24,808 nucleotides of DNA from a virus (lineage: Duplodnaviria > Caudoviricetes). The stretch lies in the IMG/VR virus record IMGVR_UViG_3300036715_000180, positions 1-24,808 of that record; one strand, 5' to 3'. The position numbers and the translations under genes are program-made. A model generated the notes under the pieces. It made no database searches. It was not told the origin of the DNA and saw nothing but the letters and a program-made list of their open reading frames with translations. Below, piece by piece: positions 1-7,969 of this stretch (position 1 is its first letter; the number at the start of each line of letters is the position of its first letter).

Positions 1-1
1 T

Positions 2-244
2 GCGGGATTGCAATCAACTGCGGTCTTAGATCAATCCGAAGCGGTCAAGATGGCTGATGGCACGGTGAGAAAGTTACGCGAATTACCAAGTCTATATGTG
101 ACATTTGATTTTAAAAATGATGGTAGTACATCTATCCCGCTGATTAATCCAAATGACGGATCGACCATTGGCAGCACTACATTAAACACGGCCATGTTAA
201 ATATTCTCGCAGTTGTACGGTATGAGCAATTAAAAGTCGTTTGA
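2..244 (+). CDS. Hypothetical phage protein, 5'-truncated by window edge
   Basis: Frame is open from position 2 to TGA at 242-244; the TTG start at 8 in the track is probably not the true start. Confidence 0.65.
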   Translation, partial: AGLQSTAVLDQSEAVKMADGTVRKLRELPSLYVTFDFKNDGSTSIPLINPNDGSTIGSTTLNTAMLNILAVVRYEQLKVV

Positions 245-261
245 ATTTGAAAGGGCAGTAA

Positions 262-963
262 ATGTCTCTGCTCGTTCTATTTAACAGGTCAAGCGGTAGC
301 GGAACAATAATATCGCCGCTCAAGGGCAGTATAGTTTTAAGTGGCAAAACACCGAGCGTTGTACAGCCAATAAATGTTGTTGCGGTAAAAGGTTCGTTAG
401 TATTCACTGGATATTCTGCTGGATTACTTCAGCCGAAAGCAGTAGCGCCTGCAGTCGGGCATCTTGTTTTAACCGGATACATTCCATCGGTAACAGTTAG
501 TTCAAGTGGTGCAATTAATCCGTTCAAAGGCTCTATCCTGTTGAGTGGATATGCACCAAGTATTCAGCAGCCGAAGTCAATTACTCCGGTAGCCGGACAC
601 TTAGTTTTAACAGGATATGCACCAAGCTTTTCCAGTCCACAAACTATTAATTTAGTCACTGGTCATTTGACATTAAGCGGATATGTTCCATCGATAAGTC
701 AGCCGCGCAACATTGCAGCGGTAGCGGGTCATGTCACTTTGTCAGGCTATATACCAAATATTAGCCAGCCAAGAACGGTAGCACCTAGTACTGGGCATAT
801 CAATTTAAGTGGGTATGTTCCAGTAATTACATCAGGAGGGGCGCAGTCGATTGCGCCAATTGCGGGACACATTATTTTAACGGGCTATGCGCCAGGTGTT
901 TCGGGAGTTGTAGCGCAAAATAGTTACTTACTTCCAATGCATCGGCATCGAGGTAATCGTTAA
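262..963 (+). CDS. Repeat-rich putative virion fibre/structural protein (233 aa)
   Basis: Purine-rich GAAAGGG before ATG. Nine ~22-aa repeats, consensus P-x-x-G-(H/S)-L-x-L-(S/T)-G-Y-x-P-S-I-x-Q-P. Followed by a terminator. Function inferred from position and repeats. Confidence 0.75.
   Translation: MSLLVLFNRSSGSGTIISPLKGSIVLSGKTPSVVQPINVVAVKGSLVFTGYSAGLLQPKAVAPAVGHLVLTGYIPSVTVSSSGAINPFKGSILLSGYAPSIQQPKSITPVAGHLVLTGYAPSFSSPQTINLVTGHLTLSGYVPSISQPRNIAAVAGHVTLSGYIPNISQPRTVAPSTGHINLSGYVPVITSGGAQSIAPIAGHIILTGYAPGVSGVVAQNSYLLPMHRHRGNR
316..907 (+). repeat. Degenerate intragenic tandem repeat, ~66-nt/22-aa period, 9 units
   Basis: Unit cores read directly: GSIVLSGKTP, GSLVFTGYSA, GHLVLTGYIP, GSILLSGYAP, GHLVLTGYAP, GHLTLSGYVP, GHVTLSGYIP, GHINLSGYVP, GHIILTGYAP. 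Confidence 0.85.
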
Positions 964-982
964 GTCAGACAACACATTAACT

Positions 983-1006
983 AACCCGCAAATCGCGGGT
1001 TTTTTT
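983..1006 (+). terminator. Rho-independent terminator
   Basis: AACCCGC-AAATC-GCGGGTT hairpin running into a T-tract, intergenic. Confidence 0.8.
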
Positions 1007-1025
1007 ATATTCAAAAGGAATCAGC

Positions 1026-1394
1026 ATGGCAACTATTACACCGACACTTACCTATGTTAGCGATGACAGATCAGTCGCCCGTTTTACATGGGGGCCAATG
1101 GCAAATGGTGATGTTGGATCGCCTGTTTCTTTTGTTGAGTGGGCAGATCGATCTGTTCAGGTAACAGGTACATTTGGCGCGGGTGGGAATATGAGATGGC
1201 AGGGCAGTAATGATACCGTGAACTTTTCAGTACTTACCGACCCACAAGGAAATGCATTGGATTTAACGGCGGCAAAGATCAAGGCAGTTACAGAACTTAC
1301 GACAAAAGCACAGCCTTCGATTACTGCTGGCGATGGCACAACTGCATTGACGGTAACGCTTATCGCTCGTCGCGCGCAACCATTAAGAGCCTAA
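1026..1394 (+). CDS. Hypothetical phage protein (122 aa), beta-rich, probably virion-associated
   Basis: AAGGAA SD upstream; Gly/Thr/Val-rich; lies immediately upstream of the portal. Confidence 0.75.
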   Translation: MATITPTLTYVSDDRSVARFTWGPMANGDVGSPVSFVEWADRSVQVTGTFGAGGNMRWQGSNDTVNFSVLTDPQGNALDLTAAKIKAVTELTTKAQPSITAGDGTTALTVTLIARRAQPLRA

Positions 1395-1397
1395 TCC

Positions 1398-3896
1398 ATG
1401 CTCGATCAACTGGATGAATTAACGCCTGAGCAGCAGCAAGCACAACAGGCGCAGATTGAGCGTCTGGACGCGTTCTCTGACACGATACGCAAGATGCGAA
1501 AAACGGCAATTGATGCTAGAGCGCAAATGGGCATTGAGGATCAGTGGCAAGAAGACGAGGATCATTACGAAGCAATTGATGATGCGACTCGGACTACTTC
1601 AAGCAGATTAAAGCCGTATGATTTTGGTGGAACTGGAACAGGCCCGACTCGCTTACCGGAAAAAACACTGACACGCAGTACGGTATTTGTTCCAATGACG
1701 CGCCCTTATGTCGATATGGCATCGGCACTGATCTCTGATTTGTATCTACCAACAGACGATAGGAATTGGGACGGTGAGCCTACGCCAATTCCAGATTTGA
1801 TCAAGCAAGCAAAAGACATAACGCCATTAGTACAGCAAATGCCAGCCATGCCTTCCATGATGGGACGCATTAAAAGTATATTTGCACCGCAGCCACAACC
1901 AGCTCAACCACTACAACCAGGACATCCGCCAATGCAAGGCGCAGCACCTCAAACAGTAGGCGATGTAGCGCAGCAACAGATAGACGCGGCAAATGACGCA
2001 TGGAAAAAAGCACGGACACAGATTGATGACTGGTTAGTTGACTGCTCCTACAATGCGGAAATGCGCAAAGTCATCAAAGATATGGCGCGTATTGGCACGG
2101 GAATTATGAAGGGGCCATTTCCTAAGTCGAAGTCATCTAAGGCGGTGATCAAGACTGGCGAGGAATATGCAATAGAGATTTCGCAGAAGGTAATTCCCGC
2201 GTCAAAACGCATTGATCCTTGGCGATTCTATCCAGATCCAGCGTGTGGCGAGAACATTAATGATGGTAGCTACGTTTTTGAGCAGGATTTTATTACGCGT
2301 AGCAAGTTACGTGAATTGCGTAAATTAGATCATTATATTGGCTCTCAGATTGACGCTTGCATGGAAGAAGGGCCGGTTAGTGCAACTTCAGGCAATAGAA
2401 AAACTGCATCCGAAAAACGCAGTGATTCAGAGCTATTCGAAGTTTGGTACTTTGAGGGTCAAGTGGAATGGCAGGATCTGGAAGACGCAGGATGTATTGT
2501 CGAGGGCAAGGCAGGTGATGTGTTTCATTCTGTCGTGACAATGGTCAATGACCGCGTGATCAAAGCCGCCTTATCGCATCTTGACTCTGAGGAATTTACT
2601 TACGATATCGTAGTATGGCAGCGTAAATCTGGCTTATGGATTGGCGATGGAGTAGGTCGCCAAGGACGCACAGCACAACGGGGATTAAATGCCGCCGTGC
2701 GTAACCTGATGGATAACGCAGGACGCTCAGCCAGACCGCATACTGTAATCAATCGGTCAGCAATTCAAGCCGGCCCCGATCCTTTTACGTGGTACACAAA
2801 GAACGATGCAGAACTTCAACAAGTCGCGCATGCGATGATGTTCTTCAATGTGCCAAGTATGCAAAATGAACTAATGGGCATAATTCAATATTTCTCAAAG
2901 ATGTTCGAAGATGCTACTGGCCTTCCGATGATGATGCAAGGCCAGCAAGGTGCGGCACCGGAAACAGTCGGCGGTATGCAGTTGCTGATGAATAATGCAT
3001 CTATCGTTCCAAGAGATATCGTTCGTCGTATTGATGATGCGTTGACCGAACCTAGCATTAACCGTTACTACGAATATTTGATGCTACATGGTGAGGATAA
3101 TTCCGCTAAAGGGGATTTTAATATTCATGCGCGCGGATCTAGTGCGTTGATGGAACGGGCAGCACAAGATAAATTCTTGATTCAATTGGTGCAGTTTTCA
3201 GGAAACCCTGCTTTCGGTCTTGATCCTGAAATGCTTATGGAAGAATTACTTAAGTCGGTACGGATCAATCCAAAGAGATTGCAATTGTCTGACGAAAAGA
3301 AAAAAGCCATGGCAAGCCAACCACCGCCAGAAGATCCTCGCATCACAGCAGCTAAGATCATGGCAGCAGCAGGCGTTCAGCGCGTACAGGCACAAGGTCA
3401 GATTGATAGTCAATTGCAGCAAGCTGAGGCAAATTCAGAGTTACAACGCATTGAACAAGAATCGACTCATGAGCAGCAAATGCTTCAGTCTGGCGGATCT
3501 ACTCCTCATATGGCTCAGGCAACAGCAAGGATAGAGCAGGAACGTATCCGCGCCAATACTGCGCAAATGGTTGAGGCTAGTCGATCCCATGCGGAGATGG
3601 CAAGAGCAGATAAAGAAATTCTCATCGCACAGCAAAATGGTGAATACGATTTGCGTAAATTGGAATTGCAGCGCGAGATTGCTTTGCTTGACTATGCGAA
3701 TAAAGAAAAGATTTCAATCAACGATGCAAAAGCAATGTTGGCAAAATCTGCAATGGATAACCAAACCAAGCGCGAACTAGCTTCAGCAGAAGTGCAATTG
3801 GCAAGCAATGAAAACGCCAAGAATCGTGAATTGGATTTGCATAAGCACACCACAAGTTTAGTGCGCGATCAAATGACTAATCCAAATACGCCATGA
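1398..3896 (+). CDS. Portal protein (podovirus P22/N4-type, 832 aa)
   Basis: Size and position before scaffold and capsid. Portal-like motifs: DMARIGTGIMKGP, RIDPWRFYPDP, FEDATGLPMMMQGQQG, ETVGGMQLLMNNA. Long Q/E/A-rich C-terminal coiled coil. Confidence 0.88.
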   Translation: MLDQLDELTPEQQQAQQAQIERLDAFSDTIRKMRKTAIDARAQMGIEDQWQEDEDHYEAIDDATRTTSSRLKPYDFGGTGTGPTRLPEKTLTRSTVFVPMTRPYVDMASALISDLYLPTDDRNWDGEPTPIPDLIKQAKDITPLVQQMPAMPSMMGRIKSIFAPQPQPAQPLQPGHPPMQGAAPQTVGDVAQQQIDAANDAWKKARTQIDDWLVDCSYNAEMRKVIKDMARIGTGIMKGPFPKSKSSKAVIKTGEEYAIEISQKVIPASKRIDPWRFYPDPACGENINDGSYVFEQDFITRSKLRELRKLDHYIGSQIDACMEEGPVSATSGNRKTASEKRSDSELFEVWYFEGQVEWQDLEDAGCIVEGKAGDVFHSVVTMVNDRVIKAALSHLDSEEFTYDIVVWQRKSGLWIGDGVGRQGRTAQRGLNAAVRNLMDNAGRSARPHTVINRSAIQAGPDPFTWYTKNDAELQQVAHAMMFFNVPSMQNELMGIIQYFSKMFEDATGLPMMMQGQQGAAPETVGGMQLLMNNASIVPRDIVRRIDDALTEPSINRYYEYLMLHGEDNSAKGDFNIHARGSSALMERAAQDKFLIQLVQFSGNPAFGLDPEMLMEELLKSVRINPKRLQLSDEKKKAMASQPPPEDPRITAAKIMAAAGVQRVQAQGQIDSQLQQAEANSELQRIEQESTHEQQMLQSGGSTPHMAQATARIEQERIRANTAQMVEASRSHAEMARADKEILIAQQNGEYDLRKLELQREIALLDYANKEKISINDAKAMLAKSAMDNQTKRELASAEVQLASNENAKNRELDLHKHTTSLVRDQMTNPNTP

Positions 3897-4117
3897 TCAC
3901 TGAGTTTAAATTAACGACAGCGGAAATTCATAGCAGTGCATGGATGCGGATTAAGGCGCACTTAGAGGAACGATTGGAATTGCATCGCAAATCGAACGAT
4001 AGCAATTTAACGCAAGACGAAACCGCTCGATTGCGGGGACGAATAGCGGCAACACTTTATGTTTTAAGCCTGGGGGTCGAAGACCTACCGGAATCTGTAG
4101 CAGGTAACGACGAGTAA
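3893..4117 (+). CDS. Small phage protein between portal and scaffold (74 aa)
   Basis: ATGA overlap with the portal stop; helical W-x-x-IK...ETARLRGRIA pattern typical of small post-portal podophage genes. Confidence 0.75.
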   Translation: MITEFKLTTAEIHSSAWMRIKAHLEERLELHRKSNDSNLTQDETARLRGRIAATLYVLSLGVEDLPESVAGNDE

Positions 4118-4145
4118 AACCGTTGCCCTGTTTAGTACGTCAATG

Positions 4146-4172
4146 ACCCGCCAAGTGCGGGTTTTGTTTTTT
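4146..4172 (+). terminator. Rho-independent terminator-like hairpin
   Basis: ACCCGC-CAAGT-GCGGGT followed by TTTGTTTTTT; same stem sequence as the hairpin at 983. Confidence 0.7.
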
Positions 4173-4182
4173 GGAGAATCAA

Positions 4183-5019
4183 ATGAGTGAAGGAATTGAA
4201 GTAGCACAAAGTTCTTATGTGAGCGACGAATCTACGGCTGCAGCTGCTGCATTCGGAAAAGCACGGGGAGAAATCCAAGAACCAATTGAAGTCGATGTTG
4301 AGCCACCAGAACCGGAGATTGTAGAAGATCCAAAAGTTCTAGCGGGGATGACAGAGAAAGAAATTACTGAGCTACTTGGCGAGATACCAAAGTACAGAAA
4401 GCAGATCGATAACCTTGCAGGAAACAATGGAAAGCTTAATGCGGCAATCCAGAAGCTACAGCAAGAAGCCCCTCGCGGGGAATTGATCACTGTCACAGAT
4501 GAAGATATGGCTGACCTTCAGGACTTCCCTGAGTTAGCAAACATGACCAAATCTGCCTTGAATAAAGTTCTTGGCAAGCTCAATACAAGAGGCACGGGGC
4601 CAGTACAAACACCGGACGATTACATCGCTCTGGCAACTAAAGCTGCGCAACAGGTCGCTACAAGTGAGCGCGTTAAAACACATATCGAATTATTAGACGG
4701 TCTTACTCCTGGCTGGCAAAACATCATTGGGCTACCAGATGCCAATGGAGCTATTCCAGACACCGAGTACCGACGCTGGCTATCTACGCAACCGGCCGAC
4801 TATAAAAAACGGATTGATGATTCAACCAATGCGTTTGAGATCGGTTCTTCAGTCAAAAATTTTAATGAAGCAAAAGAGGCTTCAGCCAAAAAACAGCAGC
4901 AAAACAAACAGCGCCTAGCGAATGCAGTACAGCCTAACGGTCAAGTGGCAGCGCGAAGCAATATCTCGGAACAATCCGCAGCCGATAAAGCTTTTCAAGC
5001 AAGTCGATTGCGATCATAG
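4183..5019 (+). CDS. Putative capsid scaffolding protein
   Basis: GGAG at 4173-4176 favours ATG 4183 over TTG 4171. Acidic N-terminus, coiled-coil character, basic C-terminus, directly before the capsid gene. Confidence 0.75.
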   Translation: MSEGIEVAQSSYVSDESTAAAAAFGKARGEIQEPIEVDVEPPEPEIVEDPKVLAGMTEKEITELLGEIPKYRKQIDNLAGNNGKLNAAIQKLQQEAPRGELITVTDEDMADLQDFPELANMTKSALNKVLGKLNTRGTGPVQTPDDYIALATKAAQQVATSERVKTHIELLDGLTPGWQNIIGLPDANGAIPDTEYRRWLSTQPADYKKRIDDSTNAFEIGSSVKNFNEAKEASAKKQQQNKQRLANAVQPNGQVAARSNISEQSAADKAFQASRLRS

Positions 5020-5029
5020 GAGTTAAATC

Positions 5030-6085
5030 ATGTCAGTATCAGCATATTCAAATATAACGCAGCGGGTAGGCACCCTGAAAGGTGAGATCTTATCTCACGC
5101 TGCACCAGTCGAGGTTTTATCTTTGGTCGGTACAGATAAAGATAAAGTCATTCCAAAAAACAAATCCAATAACGTCAAGTTTCGTCGTTGGCTGCCTTAC
5201 GGTGGTGTTGATAATCAGTGGATCACTGCATCTAATGTCGCTTCGTTTGCATCAAGTCAAAGTGCGGTAGATGGTGTAACGCCAACTGCAGATACATTGA
5301 CACCAACAGACATCACTGCAACGCTTGTACAGTATCTTGTTCTGTACTGCGTTACAGATCAGATGACCGACATGCACGAAGATGGCGATATCATCCCTGA
5401 TGAAGCTAAGCGTCAAACTGGTCAACGTATGGGCTTGATTGGTGAAATGGTGCGTTACGGTGCTTATAAGGCGGGTACAACTGCTTTCTATAGTGGCGGC
5501 ACAAATCGCAGCACAGTCTCCAACACAGTGACAATCAATGTCTTGCGTAAGGTTGCCAAGACATTGTTAACCAATCATGCACGACCAATTACGCAAGTAT
5601 TAGTTCCATCAACCAACTTTGCCTCGGCACCAATTGAAGCTGCGTTTATTGTGTTCTGTCATACCGACTTAGAACCCGCTATCCGTGACTTGCCAAACTT
5701 CAAGGACATTGCCAACTACGCACAACGTAAGCCAATCCACGATATGGAAATTGGCTCATGCGAGCGTTTCCGTTTTGTCTTGTCCCCTGAGTTGGCTGGC
5801 TATCCTGATTCTGGCGCAGCAATTGGCTCAACAGGCATGATCTCAACTACAGGCACATTGATTGACGTTTATCCAATGATCATGATGGCCGATGAATCTG
5901 TTGGTCAAACACATTTGGGCGGCGTTGAAAATTGGGATGCATGGTACTTGCCGCCTTCACAGCGCGATAAGTCTGATCCAGGTGGACAACGTGGTTATGT
6001 TGGCGCGAAGTGGTACTACACCGCCATTATCCAAAACCAAGGCCGTCTTGCTGTTGTCGAGGCGGGCACACCGTACCTGTCTTAA
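5030..6085 (+). CDS. Major capsid protein, N4-gp56-like family (351 aa)
   Basis: AGGAG SD. Motifs IPKNKSNNVKFRR, GVTP, FCHTDLEPAIRDLPNF, EIGSCERFRFV and DKSDPGGQRGYVGAKW match the N4-gp56 major capsid pattern. Confidence 0.92.
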   Translation: MSVSAYSNITQRVGTLKGEILSHAAPVEVLSLVGTDKDKVIPKNKSNNVKFRRWLPYGGVDNQWITASNVASFASSQSAVDGVTPTADTLTPTDITATLVQYLVLYCVTDQMTDMHEDGDIIPDEAKRQTGQRMGLIGEMVRYGAYKAGTTAFYSGGTNRSTVSNTVTINVLRKVAKTLLTNHARPITQVLVPSTNFASAPIEAAFIVFCHTDLEPAIRDLPNFKDIANYAQRKPIHDMEIGSCERFRFVLSPELAGYPDSGAAIGSTGMISTTGTLIDVYPMIMMADESVGQTHLGGVENWDAWYLPPSQRDKSDPGGQRGYVGAKWYYTAIIQNQGRLAVVEAGTPYLS

Positions 6086-6143
6086 TTAACTAACGATGAA
6101 AAAGGCGGCTAGTTCAGCGCCTTGATTATCAGAAGGAATAAAC

Positions 6144-6356
6144 ATGGCTGAATCAATTAAACAGCGAACTAATTCGATGGCAAATCACCGTGACGCGGAG
6201 GCAATGCGTAAGTTACTTACTGCAACGCAATCCGACCTTGCGGCGATACGCTCATCGTTTATTCTGCTGACCGCAAAGTTAGATGCTGATGCGGGTGTTA
6301 CCGACACCACATACAGCTCCCTGACTAATCCCCCTGCACTTACTACATTAGTATAA
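6144..6356 (+). CDS. Hypothetical protein (70 aa), possibly capsid-associated
   Basis: AAGGAA SD; follows the capsid gene; helical region then KLDADAGVTDT. Confidence 0.7.
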   Translation: MAESIKQRTNSMANHRDAEAMRKLLTATQSDLAAIRSSFILLTAKLDADAGVTDTTYSSLTNPPALTTLV

Positions 6357-6366
6357 GGAAATTATC

Positions 6367-6735
6367 ATGGCTCAAAATATAGCAGGTCAAACACTGACCT
6401 ATTTACCATCCCAAGGCTCGGCAGCTTTTGCCAATGGTCTTAATGTTCTCGATGCAACGGCAATTGTCGCCACTGATTACATTGAAATCGTTTGCGGCTT
6501 TAAACCAAAGTATGTCAAATGGGAAAACGTCACGGATCGCGTCTGCGGTGAATTTTACGAAGGTATGGCGGTTAACAGTTGCATCAAGACCGCCGCTGCA
6601 GGCACTCGTACTCTTGAAGTGACTGGCGTGAACGGTGGTATCACCATTACCAATACAGGTTTTCGCGTTCTTCAAAATGCGACGCTTGCACTGGTATTAG
6701 CTTCAAAAACATGCGCTTGGCGCGTTCAGGCGTAA
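6367..6735 (+). CDS. Hypothetical virion protein (122 aa), possible head decoration protein
   Basis: AAGGAA SD; beta-rich with a GFKPKYV motif; lies between the capsid gene and a strong terminator, consistent with capsid-level expression. Confidence 0.7.
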   Translation: MAQNIAGQTLTYLPSQGSAAFANGLNVLDATAIVATDYIEIVCGFKPKYVKWENVTDRVCGEFYEGMAVNSCIKTAAAGTRTLEVTGVNGGITITNTGFRVLQNATLALVLASKTCAWRVQA

Positions 6736-6753
6736 CGTAGTTTGATGTAAAAC

Positions 6754-6783
6754 AAAGACTCCTTCGGGGGTCTTTTTTCTTTT
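6754..6783 (+). terminator. Rho-independent terminator with C(UUCG)G tetraloop
   Basis: AAAGACTCC-TTCG-GGGGTCTTT followed by a T-rich tail; typical post-capsid terminator. Confidence 0.88.
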
Positions 6784-6796
6784 CTGGAGAAGAAAC

Positions 6797-7285
6797 ATGG
6801 CAACACGAAATACTAATACCGCAGAGATGCAAGGCCCATCAGCTCCTGAAGTCATGATGCCTGCTAGTGGTAGCTTTACTTACGAAGATGTACCAGAAAT
6901 CGAAGTTGTTGTTGATGTCATGGCAGATAAGGCGGATTGGGCTGAGAAGATGCGCTTTAACAATGAAATGATCACTATCCGTATTCAAGAAACGACCAAT
7001 CCAAATGAAGAATTACGCGTTCCAGTTAGTGTGAACGGCATCCAATCCCATCCAGTGTATGGAAATTATTTGCCGCGCGGCATAGAAATTAATGTTCGTC
7101 GCTTTGTTGCAGAACAATTGTTGCGTGCCAAGCCAATCAATGTTCGTACTGTTAAAACAATTGATCATGATGGTAACGATACCGCAAAGATTGTTCGCAC
7201 GATTGGAACCGCCTATCCGTTTGAAGTGATCGGTGCAAAGCCTAGAGATACCGACTGGCTGCGTTCAATCCGCGCGCAGGCGTAA
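6797..7285 (+). CDS. Hypothetical phage protein (162 aa)
   Basis: GGAG SD; VPVSVNG...LPRG...VRRFVAEQL...YPFEV; positioned between head and tail genes. Confidence 0.75.
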   Translation: MATRNTNTAEMQGPSAPEVMMPASGSFTYEDVPEIEVVVDVMADKADWAEKMRFNNEMITIRIQETTNPNEELRVPVSVNGIQSHPVYGNYLPRGIEINVRRFVAEQLLRAKPINVRTVKTIDHDGNDTAKIVRTIGTAYPFEVIGAKPRDTDWLRSIRAQA

Positions 7286-7288
7286 GTA

Positions 7289-7969
7289 ATGAATTACCTA
7301 GAGTTAGTCAATAAATTTCGTGAGAAATGCGCTGCGTCTGGATCTCCGCTTTCATCGACAGTATCGCAAACAGGTGAGTCTTTACGTTTCTGTAATTGGA
7401 TTAATGACGCATGGATGGATATACAAGGAGCAGCAGAGGATTGGCAATTTATGCGCGCAAACTTTACTTTTCCAACCGTTCTGCATCAGCAATCCTATAC
7501 GCCGGCACAAGCGAATACAACGAATTTTGCTAACTGGAAGAATGACTCTTTCAGGATTTACCGTACTGCTCTAGGTACAAACAATGAAATGTGGTTGCCA
7601 TTTAATGAGTACGAATATTTTCGTAATCTCTATCAATTTGGCGCTATGCGTAACACGTATCAGCAGCCGGTAGTAGTAAGTATTGATCCTGCAAAAAATC
7701 TCTTGCTTGGTGCTGCGCCAGATGGCATAGGTTACACGGTGACAGGGGAATATTTCTCTGTACCTGTTGAGCTTTCTGCCAGCACAGATATTCCCTCTTT
7801 GCCTGTTGAGTATCATCGCGCAATTATCTATCGCGCCATGATGTTCTATGGCGCATATGAGGCGGCTGGTGAGGTATTCCAGCAAGGGCAATCTGAGTTT
7901 AATAAAGTCTTTGCGCGGTTAGAACTCAATCAATTGCCGAAGATTAATCTTGGCGGTCCGATGCTATGA
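7289..7969 (+). CDS. Head-tail adaptor / tail tubular protein A-like (226 aa)
   Basis: MNYLELVN start, WINDAWMDIQ...W.F and LPVEYHRAIIYRAM are typical of podophage adaptors; overlaps the start of the nozzle gene. Confidence 0.75.
   Translation: MNYLELVNKFREKCAASGSPLSSTVSQTGESLRFCNWINDAWMDIQGAAEDWQFMRANFTFPTVLHQQSYTPAQANTTNFANWKNDSFRIYRTALGTNNEMWLPFNEYEYFRNLYQFGAMRNTYQQPVVVSIDPAKNLLLGAAPDGIGYTVTGEYFSVPVELSASTDIPSLPVEYHRAIIYRAMMFYGAYEAAGEVFQQGQSEFNKVFARLELNQLPKINLGGPML

Noticed and set aside
6102-6123. AAGGCG...CGCCTT hairpin after the capsid gene
   Set aside because: No U-tract and a short stem; it may stabilise mRNA but cannot be supported as a terminator or recoding signal.
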